Shown here piece after piece: positions 10,391 to 21,487 of a DNA stretch of 64,000 nucleotides. The DNA is from Myxococcota bacterium (lineage in GTDB: Bacteria; Myxococcota_A; UBA9160; UBA6930), in the NCBI GenBank assembly GCA_965223705.1, contig OZ245015.1, positions 224,001 to 288,000 of the forward strand, read 5' to 3'. The notes under the pieces were generated by a model that was not told the origin of the DNA, ran no database searches, and saw only the letters and a list, made by a program, of their open reading frames with translations. Numbering within the stretch: the stretch's first letter is position 1; each line of letters starts with the position of its first letter. A program made the position numbers and the translations under genes.

Positions 10391-11740
10391 ATGCGAAGGA
10401 TCAGGGCTATCGCCGTTGCGGCGATCGCGCTCCTGCTCGCCCCCCAGGTTTCGGCTACGGAAGCCGACGTGGCGGCGGAGCTACAGGCCATGCGGGAGCG
10501 GATGAATCAGCTGGAGCAACGGCTGGAGGCGACGTCGGATGAGTTGGCCGACGCGAACGCGCGGGTCGAGGAGCAGCACCAACTCATCGAGCGATCGGGG
10601 TTGGCCGACGGTGAGGCGACGAGTTCGGGTCTCGCTTCTTTTCTCGAGAACGTCGAGATGGGCGGTTGGATCAGCGGTAGCTACGTCTACAACTTCGAAG
10701 GCCACGACGATGAGGTGCTCGGTGGGGCGAACAGCGGTCCCGGTGTGCTTCCGTTCAAGGGCGACTCCAACAGCTTCCAACTCGATCAGCTGTGGTTCGA
10801 GATCGAGAAGGGCGTCACCGAGGACAGCCGCGCCGGTTTCCGGGCAGACATCGTGTACGGCAAGACCGCCGGCCTGTTGAACGGTTGTTTCGCATGCGCC
10901 GACGGAACACTCGGCGACGAGATCGAACTCTACCAAGCGTACGTTCAGTATCTCGCTCCGATTTTCGGAGGCACGACCTTCAAGTTCGGTAAGTTCGGCA
11001 CCGTGATCGGCGCCGAGGTCGCGGGCGCGCGGGACAACTTCAATATCACGCGTGGCCATGTCTACAACTTGTTCGAGCCGATTACCCACGTCGGTATTTT
11101 GGCCTCGACCGACTTTGGAGGCGGTGGCTCGATCTCACTGGGTCTCGTCAACGAAACACGGTCTTTCCCGGGCGCAGACATTGACCTGAACAACAACAAG
11201 GCGGTCCTCTGGTCGCTCGGTTGGGGTTGGGACACCGTCGGAGTCTCGTTCGCCGGTGCGTACGGCGATGCGGACAGCGGCCAAGGCGCGTCGCTGCCCT
11301 CGAGCAACAAAGAGATGATCCTCGACTTCATCTTGTCGTGGGATCCGTCGGACAATTTCTCGGCCTATATCAACGCCGACTACATCGACAGCGAGAACAG
11401 CACCGACCGCACGTCGGAGTTCGACGGCTACGGGATTTCGGTGGCGGGGCGCTTGGCGCTTACCGATCGGCTGGGAATCGCGTTGCGCGGCGAGTACGCG
11501 ACCCTCGAGTCGGATGCTCCGCAGGTCATGGGCGTTTCCTCCGAAGAGCTCACGCTCTACGGCATTACGGGAACCGTCGACTACGCGCTGACTTCCGACC
11601 TCATGGTCAAGGCGGAACTCCGCTACGACAGTTCCGATTCTTCGGACACGTTCTTCGAGAATGCGTTTATCGGAGAGGAAGGCCTCTTCACAGAGGACGA
11701 TCAGTTCATTGGGGCGGTGGAGGTGCTCTACACGTTCTAG
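10391..11740 (+). CDS. Outer-membrane beta-barrel porin with N-terminal coiled coil
   Basis: SD AGGAGG; signal peptide; coiled coil; YQAYVQY, FGKFGTVIGAEV, AELRYD; C-terminal Phe (VEVLYTF). Confidence 0.85.
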   Translation: MRRIRAIAVAAIALLLAPQVSATEADVAAELQAMRERMNQLEQRLEATSDELADANARVEEQHQLIERSGLADGEATSSGLASFLENVEMGGWISGSYVYNFEGHDDEVLGGANSGPGVLPFKGDSNSFQLDQLWFEIEKGVTEDSRAGFRADIVYGKTAGLLNGCFACADGTLGDEIELYQAYVQYLAPIFGGTTFKFGKFGTVIGAEVAGARDNFNITRGHVYNLFEPITHVGILASTDFGGGGSISLGLVNETRSFPGADIDLNNNKAVLWSLGWGWDTVGVSFAGAYGDADSGQGASLPSSNKEMILDFILSWDPSDNFSAYINADYIDSENSTDRTSEFDGYGISVAGRLALTDRLGIALRGEYATLESDAPQVMGVSSEELTLYGITGTVDYALTSDLMVKAELRYDSSDSSDTFFENAFIGEEGLFTEDDQFIGAVEVLYTF

Positions 11741-11753
11741 ACGGACGGAGCCT

Positions 11754-11783
11754 TCGGCCCGGAGCGGGAGCGCTCCGGGCCGA
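11754..11783 (+). terminator. 13-bp GC hairpin between porin and glnB (terminator or mRNA stabiliser)
   Basis: TCGGCCCGGAGCG-GGAG-CGCTCCGGGCCGA; no U-tract. Confidence 0.5.
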
Positions 11784-11834
11784 TATCCCCTCGAAAAGTC
11801 CGCTACGGTCGATCAGCGCGACGTGATACCGTAA

Positions 11835-12975
<1,141 letters not shown>

Positions 12976-12979
<4 letters not shown>

Positions 12980-13848
12980 ATGAGGCCGAACTCCTTCAAG
13001 GCGACTTGCAAACGCTCGCGGTTCGTCGCGGTGATCGGCAAGAGCGGCAGCCGAATTTCTTCGCGCACCAAACCGCGGAGAGCGAGCGCCGCTTTCACCG
13101 GGATCGGGTTGGTCTCGCAGAACATCGCTTGGATCAGCGGCAGCAAGTTGTAGTGGACGCTCCGCGCCCGCTCGAGGTCGCCGGCGCGGAACGCGCGGAC
13201 CAGTGCGACCATCTCGGCCGGCGCGACGTTCGATACCGTGGAGATCACCCCGCGACCACCGACGGAGAGAAGCGGCAGCGTCAACGCGTCGTCGCCCGAC
13301 AGGAACACGAACTCCGGCGGGCACGCGGCGATCGCGAGCGACATCTGTTCGAGGTCGCCACACGCTTCTTTCACGCCGACGACTTGGGGGATCTCCGCGA
13401 GTCGCCCCATGGTGGCGGGCTGGATGTTCGATGCGGTTCGCCCGGGGATGTTGTAGACGACGAGCGGGAAGCCCGTCTCGCTTCCGATCCGCTCGTAGTG
13501 GGCGACGATCCCGTCTTGGGTCGGCTTGTTGTAGTAGGGCGAAATGAGCAGCGCGCCGTCGGCGCCGGCGTCTTTCGCGTGCTGGGTGAGTTCGATGGCT
13601 TCCGCCGTCGCGTTCGATCCGGTGCCGGCGAGGACCGGAACGCGGCCTCGCGCTGCGGCCACCACCACTTCGACGACCCGCTGATGTTCCGCGTGGGAGA
13701 GCGTCGCGGATTCCCCGGTCGAACCGCAGGGCACGAGCCCGTCGACCCCGGCAGCGATTTGCAGCTCGACGAGTTCCCCAAGCGCCGGCTCGTCGATCTG
13801 GTCGTCGCGGAACGGAGTGACGAGTGCGGTAAAGACACCTTGAAACAT
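12976..13848 (-). CDS. dapA: 4-hydroxy-tetrahydrodipicolinate synthase
   Basis: TALVTPF, GSTGES, PYYNKP, YNIPGRT, GVKEA, SGDD, ETNPIPVK. Confidence 0.97.
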
Positions 13849-14711
13849 CACGATCCTCCCGGTCTCGAGACCGGCGGCCAGGGGGCCTCGCCGGTAAACA
13901 CTTCCGCTGCGGGACCGGTCATCAACACGTGCGCTTCCGGCGATTCCCAGACGATCTCGAGTTCTCCGCCGCGGAGCTCGATGCGGACCCTGGGATCGCC
14001 CGCGCCCAGGAGGTTCACCGCAACGCCGACGGCACAAGCACCGCTCCCGCACGCGAGGGTTTCGCCGACACCGCGCTCCCAGGTCCGCTGCCGCCAGTGA
14101 TCGCGCGACCGGCGTTCGATGAACTCGACGTTCGTCCGGTTCGGAAAAGCCGCGTGGTTTTCGATGAGGGGTCCGAGGGTTTCGACCGGCGCGCGATCGA
14201 CGTCGTCGACGACCACGACCGCGTGGGGATTCCCCATGGAAACGCAGGTCACGCGCACTTCGTCGCTACCGAGGGAGAGCGGCGTATCGATGACGGGGTC
14301 GTCGCCTCCGCCGAGGGTCGTCGGGACCTTCGCCGGAGCGAGGATCGGCCGACCCATGTCGACGCAGACGCGGTCGTCCCCCATCCATCGCGGAGTCACG
14401 ACGCCGCCGAGTGTCTCGATCTTCAACGTGTCGGCGCTCGCGATTCCGCGGTCGCGCAGGTATTTCTGGAACGCGCGGAGGCCGTTGCCGCACATCTCGA
14501 CTTCGCCGCCCTCGGCGTTCCAGATCTCCATGCGGAAATCCGCGACTTGCGAATTCCGGACGACCAGCAGTTGATCGAACCCGATGCCGAACTGGCGGTG
14601 GGCATAAGCGCGACAGAACGCGTCGAGCGGCGGGAGTTCCCCGCCTCGTCCGTCGAGAACGACGAAGTCGTTGCCCGCGCCGTGCATTTTCACGAAGGGA
14701 ACCGAAGCCAT
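13848..14711 (-). CDS. dapF: Diaminopimelate epimerase
   Basis: KMHGAGNDF, EMCGNG, SMGNPH, ERGVGETLACGSG. Confidence 0.97.
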   Translation of the reverse strand: MASVPFVKMHGAGNDFVVLDGRGGELPPLDAFCRAYAHRQFGIGFDQLLVVRNSQVADFRMEIWNAEGGEVEMCGNGLRAFQKYLRDRGIASADTLKIETLGGVVTPRWMGDDRVCVDMGRPILAPAKVPTTLGGGDDPVIDTPLSLGSDEVRVTCVSMGNPHAVVVVDDVDRAPVETLGPLIENHAAFPNRTNVEFIERRSRDHWRQRTWERGVGETLACGSGACAVGVAVNLLGAGDPRVRIELRGGELEIVWESPEAHVLMTGPAAEVFTGEAPWPPVSRPGGS

Positions 14712-14863
14712 TACGGTTGTACCTCGTCGTCGGACTCTCCCGACGTCTCCTCGACTTTCGCATCGTCGGGCGTCGCGATGCGTTCGGGCGGGCCGTAGCG
14801 GCCGCAACCGATTGCGACGGAGATCGCTACCGCGAAGCAGACGCCGAACGCCGCGCGTCTCAT
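14711..14863 (-). CDS. Small lipoprotein, LptM/YifL-like (50 aa; not in ORF track)
   Basis: MRRAAFGVCFAVAISVAIGCGRYGPPERIATPDDAKVEETSGESDDEVQP; lipobox AIGC; ATG overlaps argH stop, TAA overlaps dapF ATG. Confidence 0.75.
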   Translation of the reverse strand: MRRAAFGVCFAVAISVAIGCGRYGPPERIATPDDAKVEETSGESDDEVQP

Positions 14864-16272
14864 ACCGACTCTCCCAAAACTCGTCTCTCCGCTTCGAGCC
14901 GCGCCTCGGTCGCTTGCAACGCCTCTTCGACGCGCCGCCGGGACGTTCCGCCGATCCCGTCGCGGGATTCGATCGAGCGCTCCAGGCCGATCAGTCTCGA
15001 GGCCGCATCCGGGAACGCTTCGTGAAACACCCGGAGCTCGTCGTGGGTCAAAGTCCGTGGGTCACGCTCTGCATCGAGGCAGTGCCGCACGAGCTTCCCA
15101 ACCACTTCGTGGGCCTCTCGAAACGGCACGCCCGCGAGCACCAGGATCTCGGCAAAATCCGTCGCTAGCAACATCGGATCCTCGGCCGCTCGCCGCATGG
15201 CGTCTCCGCGCACAGTCAGTGTCGCCACCGCGCCGGACATCACCAGCAAGCAGTCGCGCAGGGTCTCCGCCGTATCGAACACCGGCTCCTTGTCCTCTTG
15301 CAGATCGCGATTGTAGGTCAGGGGGAGGCCCTTCAGAACCGTGAGCAGCGCCACGAGGTTCCCGATGCCGCGACCCGACTTACCGCGGACCAGCTCGGGG
15401 ACGTCGGGGTTCTTTTTCTGAGGCATCAGGCTCGAGCCGGTGGAGAACGCGTCCGACAGCTCGATGAATCCGAACTCGCTACTCGACCACAACACGAGCT
15501 CTTCCGCGAGCCGCGAGAGATGCACCAGGGCGATCGCGCCGCACGAGAGAAACTCGAGCGCACTGTCGCGAGCTGCCACGGTGTCCATACTGTTCGCCGT
15601 CGGTCCCTCGAAGCCCAGCGCTTTCGCCGTGAACTCGCGGTCGAGTGGCAGCGTCGAACCTGCCATAGCGCCTGCCCCCAGCGGGGAGCGGCGGAGCCGC
15701 CCGTCGAGATCCGCGAAGCGCTGCGCGTCTCGCGACAGGACTTCGACGTGCGCGAGCCAGTGATGAGCAAGGCGAACCGGCTGAGCTCGCTGCAAATGGG
15801 TGTAACCGGGAAGGAGCGTCTCGACGTGTTCGCGCGCGCGCGTGGTGAGCGTCGCCTGCAGGTCGAGGAGACCCCGGCGCGTGGCGACGGCGGTTTCCCG
15901 CAGGAAAAGCGCGAAGTCCGTCGCCACTTGATCGTTGCGACTGCGACCCGTGTGGAGCCGACCGGCGACCGGGCCCGCGAGTTCCCGCAGCCGTGCCTCG
16001 ACGTTCATATGAATATCTTCGAACGCGGGATCGAATGGGAACGAGCCGTCCTCGAGTTCTCCCTCGACCCGATCGAGGCCCGCGAGAAGATCGGTGAGAT
16101 CGGCTTCGGAGAGGATCCCGATCTCGGCCAACATCCGGGCGTGCGCGCGAGAGCCTCGCAGGTCGAAGCGCGCCAGCGCACGGTCGAAGTGAATCGACGC
16201 GCTGAAGCGCTCGACGTCGGCATCGGTGGCCTGATCGAAGCGGCCGCCCCACGGTTTTCGGCTTTCGCTCAT
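14860..16272 (-). CDS. argH: Argininosuccinate lyase
   Basis: WGGRF, EDIHMNVE, HTGRSRNDQ, GYTHLQ, GSSLMPQKKNPD, YNRDLQEDK. Confidence 0.98.
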   Translation of the reverse strand: MSESRKPWGGRFDQATDADVERFSASIHFDRALARFDLRGSRAHARMLAEIGILSEADLTDLLAGLDRVEGELEDGSFPFDPAFEDIHMNVEARLRELAGPVAGRLHTGRSRNDQVATDFALFLRETAVATRRGLLDLQATLTTRAREHVETLLPGYTHLQRAQPVRLAHHWLAHVEVLSRDAQRFADLDGRLRRSPLGAGAMAGSTLPLDREFTAKALGFEGPTANSMDTVAARDSALEFLSCGAIALVHLSRLAEELVLWSSSEFGFIELSDAFSTGSSLMPQKKNPDVPELVRGKSGRGIGNLVALLTVLKGLPLTYNRDLQEDKEPVFDTAETLRDCLLVMSGAVATLTVRGDAMRRAAEDPMLLATDFAEILVLAGVPFREAHEVVGKLVRHCLDAERDPRTLTHDELRVFHEAFPDAASRLIGLERSIESRDGIGGTSRRRVEEALQATEARLEAERRVLGESV

Positions 16273-16378
16273 GCACGAGACTCTGGGAGAAGGCCCGAGG
16301 ACGCGCAACCGGTGGTTTGCGGGCCGATCGGGGTGGCGGTCCGTCGCGGCTTTGCGAGTCTCGTCGGGCGAGGGTGAG

Positions 16379-18784
16379 ATGGCGCGTCGCAAAAACAGCC
16401 GGGGTCGCAAGAAGGCGAAGCGCAAGTCGTCGAAGAGGCGGGCGCGCATCGTGCGAGCCCTCCGCATCGCAGGGCTCGTCATCGTGGCGGTGGGGTTCAC
16501 GTCGGGCTTTCTGGCCGGCCGTTACCTGCTGACCCTCGATCGCGAGGTGCGGGCCCGGTTCGAGGGGCGTTTGTTCCGCGTGCCCTCCCGGGTGTATTCA
16601 GCGCCCACCGTCCTGTACCCAGGCCTCGAGACCGCGCGAACCGGCCTGCGGGACACGCTTACGCAGCTCGCCTACCGCGAACGCCCCGAGGGACAAGTCT
16701 ACGAGGCGGGCGAATTCAGCTGGTCTTCGGGGCGCCTTGTCCTCTATCGCCGGGCTTTCAGCCACCCGAGCCGCGCGGAGCCGCCGCGCGAAGTCGAGAT
16801 CCGCATCGCCGAGGGCGAGATCCAGGGGATCCGGGATCTCGAAAGCCACCGCGAAATCGGTGCCTTCGTGCTGGAACCGGTATCCGTCGGGGCGTATTTC
16901 GGACCGGATCGCGAGCAACGGGAGCTGGTGAGTCTTTCCGAAGTCCCCCGTCACTTGATCGACGCGGTCCTCGCCGTCGAAGACCAGCGCTTCCTCGAGC
17001 ACCCGGGCATCGACCTGCGCCGGGTGCTCGGCGCCGTCTTGGTCAACCTCCGCGCCGGCAAGATCCGGCAGGGCGCGAGCACGTTGACGCAACAGCTCGT
17101 CAAGAACTTCTTCCTCACGCCGGAGCGGAGCTTCAAGCGCAAGCTCAACGAAGCCGCGATGTCGCTCATCGTGGAGGCGCGCTACGACAAGGAAGCGATT
17201 CTCGAGAGTTATCTGAACGAGATCTACCTGGGGCAGCGCGGCGCGACGGCGGTGCACGGCGTCGGCGAGGCATCGCTCCACTACTTCGGAAAGACGCCCG
17301 ACAAGCTCCGCCTCGAGGAGTCGGCCCTCATCGCCGCGATTATCCAGAGTCCGAACGGTCTCTCTCCCTACCGCCAATCCGACGCGGCGAAGCGACGCCG
17401 GAACCTGGTCTTGCGGCTGATGTACGAACAGGCCCGCATCGACACGGATCAGTTGGCCGAGGCGAGCGCATCGGGTTTGGGGCTCGCGAAGCTGCGCCGG
17501 GATCCGCGGGAGGCGCGTTACTTCCTCGACATGCTGCGACGTCAGCTCCCGGAGTTCTACGACTCCGACGTGCTGACGTCCGAGGGTCTGCGCGTCTACG
17601 CAACCCTCGATCTGCGGATCCAGCGGATCGCCGCTCGCGTGCTCAGCGAAGAACTCGAAAGATTGGAGAAGGAGATTCCCGGAGCGGTAGGCGAAGGGAA
17701 ACCGCCCCTACAGGGGTGTCTCGTCGCACTTCGGCCGCAAACCGGCGAGGTGCTCGCCCTGGTCGGAGGGCGCTCCTACGCCGACTCTCAGTACGACCGT
17801 TGCACCCAAGCGCGCCGGCCGTCGGGAAGCGTGTTCAAACCGTTCGTCTATGTCGCCGCTCTGGAACCGTCGTCCGGCCGCCCGCTCATCACACTCGCAT
17901 CACATCTCGACGACGGGCCCTTCGAAATCAAGAGCGGCGGACGCGTCTGGCGACCGGCGAACTACGACCGCTCGTTTCGGGGGCGCGTCGACGTTCGCAG
18001 CGCGCTCGAGCAGTCCCTCAACGTCGCGACGGCGCGGCTCGGCAGCGAAGTGGGCATCGGTCACGTCATCGACGTCGCGAGGCGACTCGGCATCGAGAGT
18101 CCGCTCCCGAACGTTCCGAGCTTGTCGATCGGAACGGCCGACCTCGCGCCGATCGAGATCGCCCGCGCGTACGCCACACTCGCCAACGGGGGCATTCGGC
18201 CACAAATCCGAAGCTTCGAGGACATCGTCGAGCCTGGGGGTCGCACGCTGGCGCGGCAGACGATCGATTTCGAACGCGTTCTCGATGCGGGCACCGCGTT
18301 TCTCGCGACGTCCCTCCTGGAAGGCGTCGCGAATCGGGGCACCGCCGCACGTCTCCGCACCATGGGTATCGAAGGGCCCATCGCTGCGAAGACCGGAACG
18401 AGTGACGATGAACGGGACGCGTGGTTCGTCGGATTCACGCCGGAAATCGTCGCCGTCGTTTGGGTCGGTTTCGACGAACCGAAAAGCATCGGGTTGCCGG
18501 CGAGCCGCGCGGCCTTGCCAGTGTGGGGTCGCTTCATGAAGGAAGTCACCGGCGGGCGAGTCCGAGGCGCTTTCACGCCTCCTCCCGACATCGTGCATCT
18601 CGACGTCGATCCGGTGACCGGGCATCGCGCGGACATCGGATGCCCGCGCAGTCAGGGCGAGTTCTTCCTGCGAGGCACCGAGCCCACGGAGCGGTGTGGC
18701 GCGCCCGCTGTGCGACGCCCGCCCCGAGAACACGCTCCCAACTTGATCGAGCGTCTGTTTCGACGCTTCCTCGACCGGCTCTAG
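16379..18784 (+). CDS. mrcB: Penicillin-binding protein 1B (class A PBP with UB2H-like region)
   Basis: Basic N-terminus plus TM helix; EDQRF, GASTLTQQLVKN; SVFK, SLN, KTG transpeptidase motifs. Confidence 0.92.
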   Translation: MARRKNSRGRKKAKRKSSKRRARIVRALRIAGLVIVAVGFTSGFLAGRYLLTLDREVRARFEGRLFRVPSRVYSAPTVLYPGLETARTGLRDTLTQLAYRERPEGQVYEAGEFSWSSGRLVLYRRAFSHPSRAEPPREVEIRIAEGEIQGIRDLESHREIGAFVLEPVSVGAYFGPDREQRELVSLSEVPRHLIDAVLAVEDQRFLEHPGIDLRRVLGAVLVNLRAGKIRQGASTLTQQLVKNFFLTPERSFKRKLNEAAMSLIVEARYDKEAILESYLNEIYLGQRGATAVHGVGEASLHYFGKTPDKLRLEESALIAAIIQSPNGLSPYRQSDAAKRRRNLVLRLMYEQARIDTDQLAEASASGLGLAKLRRDPREARYFLDMLRRQLPEFYDSDVLTSEGLRVYATLDLRIQRIAARVLSEELERLEKEIPGAVGEGKPPLQGCLVALRPQTGEVLALVGGRSYADSQYDRCTQARRPSGSVFKPFVYVAALEPSSGRPLITLASHLDDGPFEIKSGGRVWRPANYDRSFRGRVDVRSALEQSLNVATARLGSEVGIGHVIDVARRLGIESPLPNVPSLSIGTADLAPIEIARAYATLANGGIRPQIRSFEDIVEPGGRTLARQTIDFERVLDAGTAFLATSLLEGVANRGTAARLRTMGIEGPIAAKTGTSDDERDAWFVGFTPEIVAVVWVGFDEPKSIGLPASRAALPVWGRFMKEVTGGRVRGAFTPPPDIVHLDVDPVTGHRADIGCPRSQGEFFLRGTEPTERCGAPAVRRPPREHAPNLIERLFRRFLDRL

Positions 18785-18794
18785 GAGAGACCGG

Positions 18795-19298
18795 GTGCGC
18801 GTTTGGGTCATCGCGATCGGTTTGTGGTTCTTCGTCGGGTGCGCCACGCGTCCGCTGGTGGTTCCCGAGCCGCCCCCGCCGCCGTTCAAGCTCTCACAAG
18901 TTGCGTCCCATGGGGACCCCGAGCGACGCGCGTCGCACCGGTTGGTACTTCGCGGGCTCGAGCACGACGAAGCGGGCGAACGCTCGTTGGCGCGGAGCCA
19001 ATACAAGCTCGCCGTGCAGATCGATCCGGGCAACCCGTACGCGTACCTCGCTTTTGCTCGCCACTACGCCGAAGGTCGCGAGCCCGCGCGCGCGCTTCCG
19101 TTCCTCGACAAACTCGACGGTCTCCTCGTCCTCGAGAACGCACCCCAAGGGGTGGAAGCCCACAGGATCGGTGTGCGGGGAAGCGCGCTTCGCGCCGTCG
19201 GCGACACGGCGGCTGCGCGCCCGCTCCTCGAGCGCGCGAAAGAACTCGCACCCGAGGTCTGGGGAGACGGTCACCTCTCCTCCGTCGAACTGCGCTAA
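18795..19298 (+). CDS. TPR-like lipoprotein downstream of PBP1B (LpoP-like)
   Basis: Lipobox FVGC, Pro-rich linker, TPR-like helices (AVQIDPGNPYAYLAFA; LERAKELAP). Confidence 0.7.
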   Translation: MRVWVIAIGLWFFVGCATRPLVVPEPPPPPFKLSQVASHGDPERRASHRLVLRGLEHDEAGERSLARSQYKLAVQIDPGNPYAYLAFARHYAEGREPARALPFLDKLDGLLVLENAPQGVEAHRIGVRGSALRAVGDTAAARPLLERAKELAPEVWGDGHLSSVELR

Positions 19299-19329
19299 CC
19301 GCTTGCCGTGTGATAGTTTTTCGCGACCG

Positions 19330-19851
19330 ATGACACCCAAGCTGCGCGTTTTCCTAGCGACCTTAGGCGTCGCCCTTCCCGCGGATTGGGCGTCGAAGTA
19401 CTGGATCGATCAGAACTTAAGTTACAGCGATCGCATTCCGGTGATCGACGGATTTTTCTACATCACCCACGTGCGGAACCCCGGCGCGGCGTTCGGCATG
19501 CTCGCCGACATGCCAGCGGTGTTTCGCGACGTGTTTTTCATCGCGGTGACGCTCGTCGCGGCCGTGCTTGTTTTCTCGTTCTTCCGAAACCTGGCCCCAG
19601 GGGACCGCTTTGCGGCACTCGCACTGAGTCTTGTTCTCGGCGGGGCGGTCGGGAATCTCGGCGACCGTCTCACCCGCGGTGAAGTGGTCGACTTTCTCCA
19701 CTTCCGATTGATCGGTGGCTACACCTGGCCGGACTTCAACTTCGCGGATTCGTTTATCGTGGTAGGGGTCGCCATGCTCGTGCTCGAACTCGTCGCGAGC
19801 GAGGGTGAAGAGAGCGCGGAAGCGCCGCGTGATCCTCCTCTCTCGGGCTGA
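19330..19851 (+). CDS. lspA: Lipoprotein signal peptidase II
   Basis: RNPGAAFG, GGAVGNLGDR, VVDF, FNFAD. Confidence 0.95.
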   Translation: MTPKLRVFLATLGVALPADWASKYWIDQNLSYSDRIPVIDGFFYITHVRNPGAAFGMLADMPAVFRDVFFIAVTLVAAVLVFSFFRNLAPGDRFAALALSLVLGGAVGNLGDRLTRGEVVDFLHFRLIGGYTWPDFNFADSFIVVGVAMLVLELVASEGEESAEAPRDPPLSG

Positions 19852-19886
19852 CGCACTTTAGTGTAACTCTGCGAGGGCCGGTGTTT

Positions 19887-19942
19887 TTTTCGCACAAATT
19901 GCGAAAAGCGCGTTGACACTCTGCGCTCGTTACCGATAGAAG
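19887..19942 (+). promoter_or_regulatory. Palindromic operator candidate plus sigma70-like promoter
   Basis: TTTTCGCA-N5-TGCGAAAA (19887-19907); TTGACA (19913-19918) N18 TAGAAG. Confidence 0.5.
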
Positions 19943-19953
19943 AACGGAAGGGT

Positions 19954-20604
19954 ATGAAGTTTTTTATCGACACGGCCAACGTCTCTGAAATTCGCGAAGC
20001 TTCGGATTTCGGTCTCCTCGACGGCGTGACGACGAACCCCACCCTGCTCTCGAAGGAAAGCGGCGAACCCACCGCCATCCTGCGAGAGATCACGAAGATC
20101 GTCGACGGCCCGGTCAGTGCCGAGGTCACAGCACTCGATGCCGGCGGCATGGTCGAAGAAGGTCTCGCGCTTCGCAAAATCGCCGAGAACATCGTGGTCA
20201 AGGTCCCGATGACCCTCGAGGGCCTGAAGGCGATCCAACAATTTTCGAAACAGGGCGTCCCGACGAACTGCACGCTGATCTTCAACGCGGTGCAGGCCCT
20301 GATGGCGGCGAAGGCCGGAGCCACGTTTGCTTCGCCCTTCGTCGGCCGACTCGACGACATCTCAACGGATGGCATGGAGCTGATCGACCAGATCTGCACC
20401 ATCTACCGGAACTACGGCTTCGCCACCGAAGTCCTCGTCGCCAGCGTGCGACATCCGGTTCATGTCGTCCAAGCGGGCATGCTGGGGGCGCACGTCGCCA
20501 CGCTGCCCGCCAAGGTGCTGAAGCAGCTCGCGGCCCATCCTCTGACCGATATCGGTCTCGAGCGCTTTCTCTCTGACTGGGAGCAGGTAAAAAACCGCTC
20601 ATAA
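19954..20604 (+). CDS. Transaldolase / fructose-6-phosphate aldolase family
   Basis: [38 protein letters not shown]. Confidence 0.93.
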   Translation: MKFFIDTANVSEIREASDFGLLDGVTTNPTLLSKESGEPTAILREITKIVDGPVSAEVTALDAGGMVEEGLALRKIAENIVVKVPMTLEGLKAIQQFSKQGVPTNCTLIFNAVQALMAAKAGATFASPFVGRLDDISTDGMELIDQICTIYRNYGFATEVLVASVRHPVHVVQAGMLGAHVATLPAKVLKQLAAHPLTDIGLERFLSDWEQVKNRS

Positions 20605-20648
20605 ACCATCGAACTTGACGACGGCTCGGCCCGTGTGGACCCCCCTGC

Positions 20649-21440
20649 ATGAAGCGACCGAAAAGCGATTACGTGATTCAGACCGTGAGCAACGCGCTGC
20701 GCTTGCTCGAATCTTTCCGCGACGACGAGGAGCTCGGTGTCACCGAGCTCTCGAAGCGGCTCGAGCTCCATAAAAACAATGTGTTCAGGCTCTTGGCCAC
20801 GCTCGAAGAGCGTGGCTACATCGAACAGTGCGGGAAGACCGATCGCTATCGGCTCGGGCCGCGTTGTCTCGAATTGGGACGCGCATTCGCGAAGACCCGC
20901 AGTCTCCTGCGGCACGCGCGAGCGGTCCTCGAATCGTTGGCCGAAGACGTGGGCGAGACGGCTCACCTGGCGAACCTCCAAGAACTCGAAGTCCTCCATC
21001 TCGACTCCCAACCCGGTACCGGCCTGGTGGTGGCCGGCGAACGCGTCGGCCAGCGCCTGCCCGCGCATTGCACGGCACTCGGCAAGGTGCTCCTCGGCAT
21101 GGGCACGCGGGAGCTGCGAGAGCGCTTCGATCGCAGCGTCGCTCAGTCGGATGGGCTGGCGGGCCGAACCGCTTTTTCCATCACCGACCGCGACAAGTTC
21201 TTCGAGCATCTTCGGGGTGTTGCGAGCGAAGAAATCGCCATCGACTTCGAAGAATGCGAGTTGGGGCTCGCCTGTATCGCCGCGCCGGTGTTCGATGCCA
21301 GCGGGCTCGTGGTCGCGGCCCTCAGCGTTTCGGGCCCCTCCGTTCGCCTCACCGAGTCCGTACTGCGGACCGATCTCGCGGGCCCCCTCCGCGCTGCGGC
21401 GGAGGAGCTATCCCGCCGGCTCGGTCAGCCGCAGCTGTAG
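20649..21440 (+). CDS. IclR-family transcriptional regulator
   Basis: HTH LGVTELSKRLELHKNNVFRLLATL, HCTALGK, CIAAPVF, ALSVSGP. Confidence 0.93.
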   Translation: MKRPKSDYVIQTVSNALRLLESFRDDEELGVTELSKRLELHKNNVFRLLATLEERGYIEQCGKTDRYRLGPRCLELGRAFAKTRSLLRHARAVLESLAEDVGETAHLANLQELEVLHLDSQPGTGLVVAGERVGQRLPAHCTALGKVLLGMGTRELRERFDRSVAQSDGLAGRTAFSITDRDKFFEHLRGVASEEIAIDFEECELGLACIAAPVFDASGLVVAALSVSGPSVRLTESVLRTDLAGPLRAAAEELSRRLGQPQL

Positions 21441-21487
21441 CTCCAGGGCGGATTGCCCGGCAATCGCGCCTTCCCTAGCCTCGCAGC

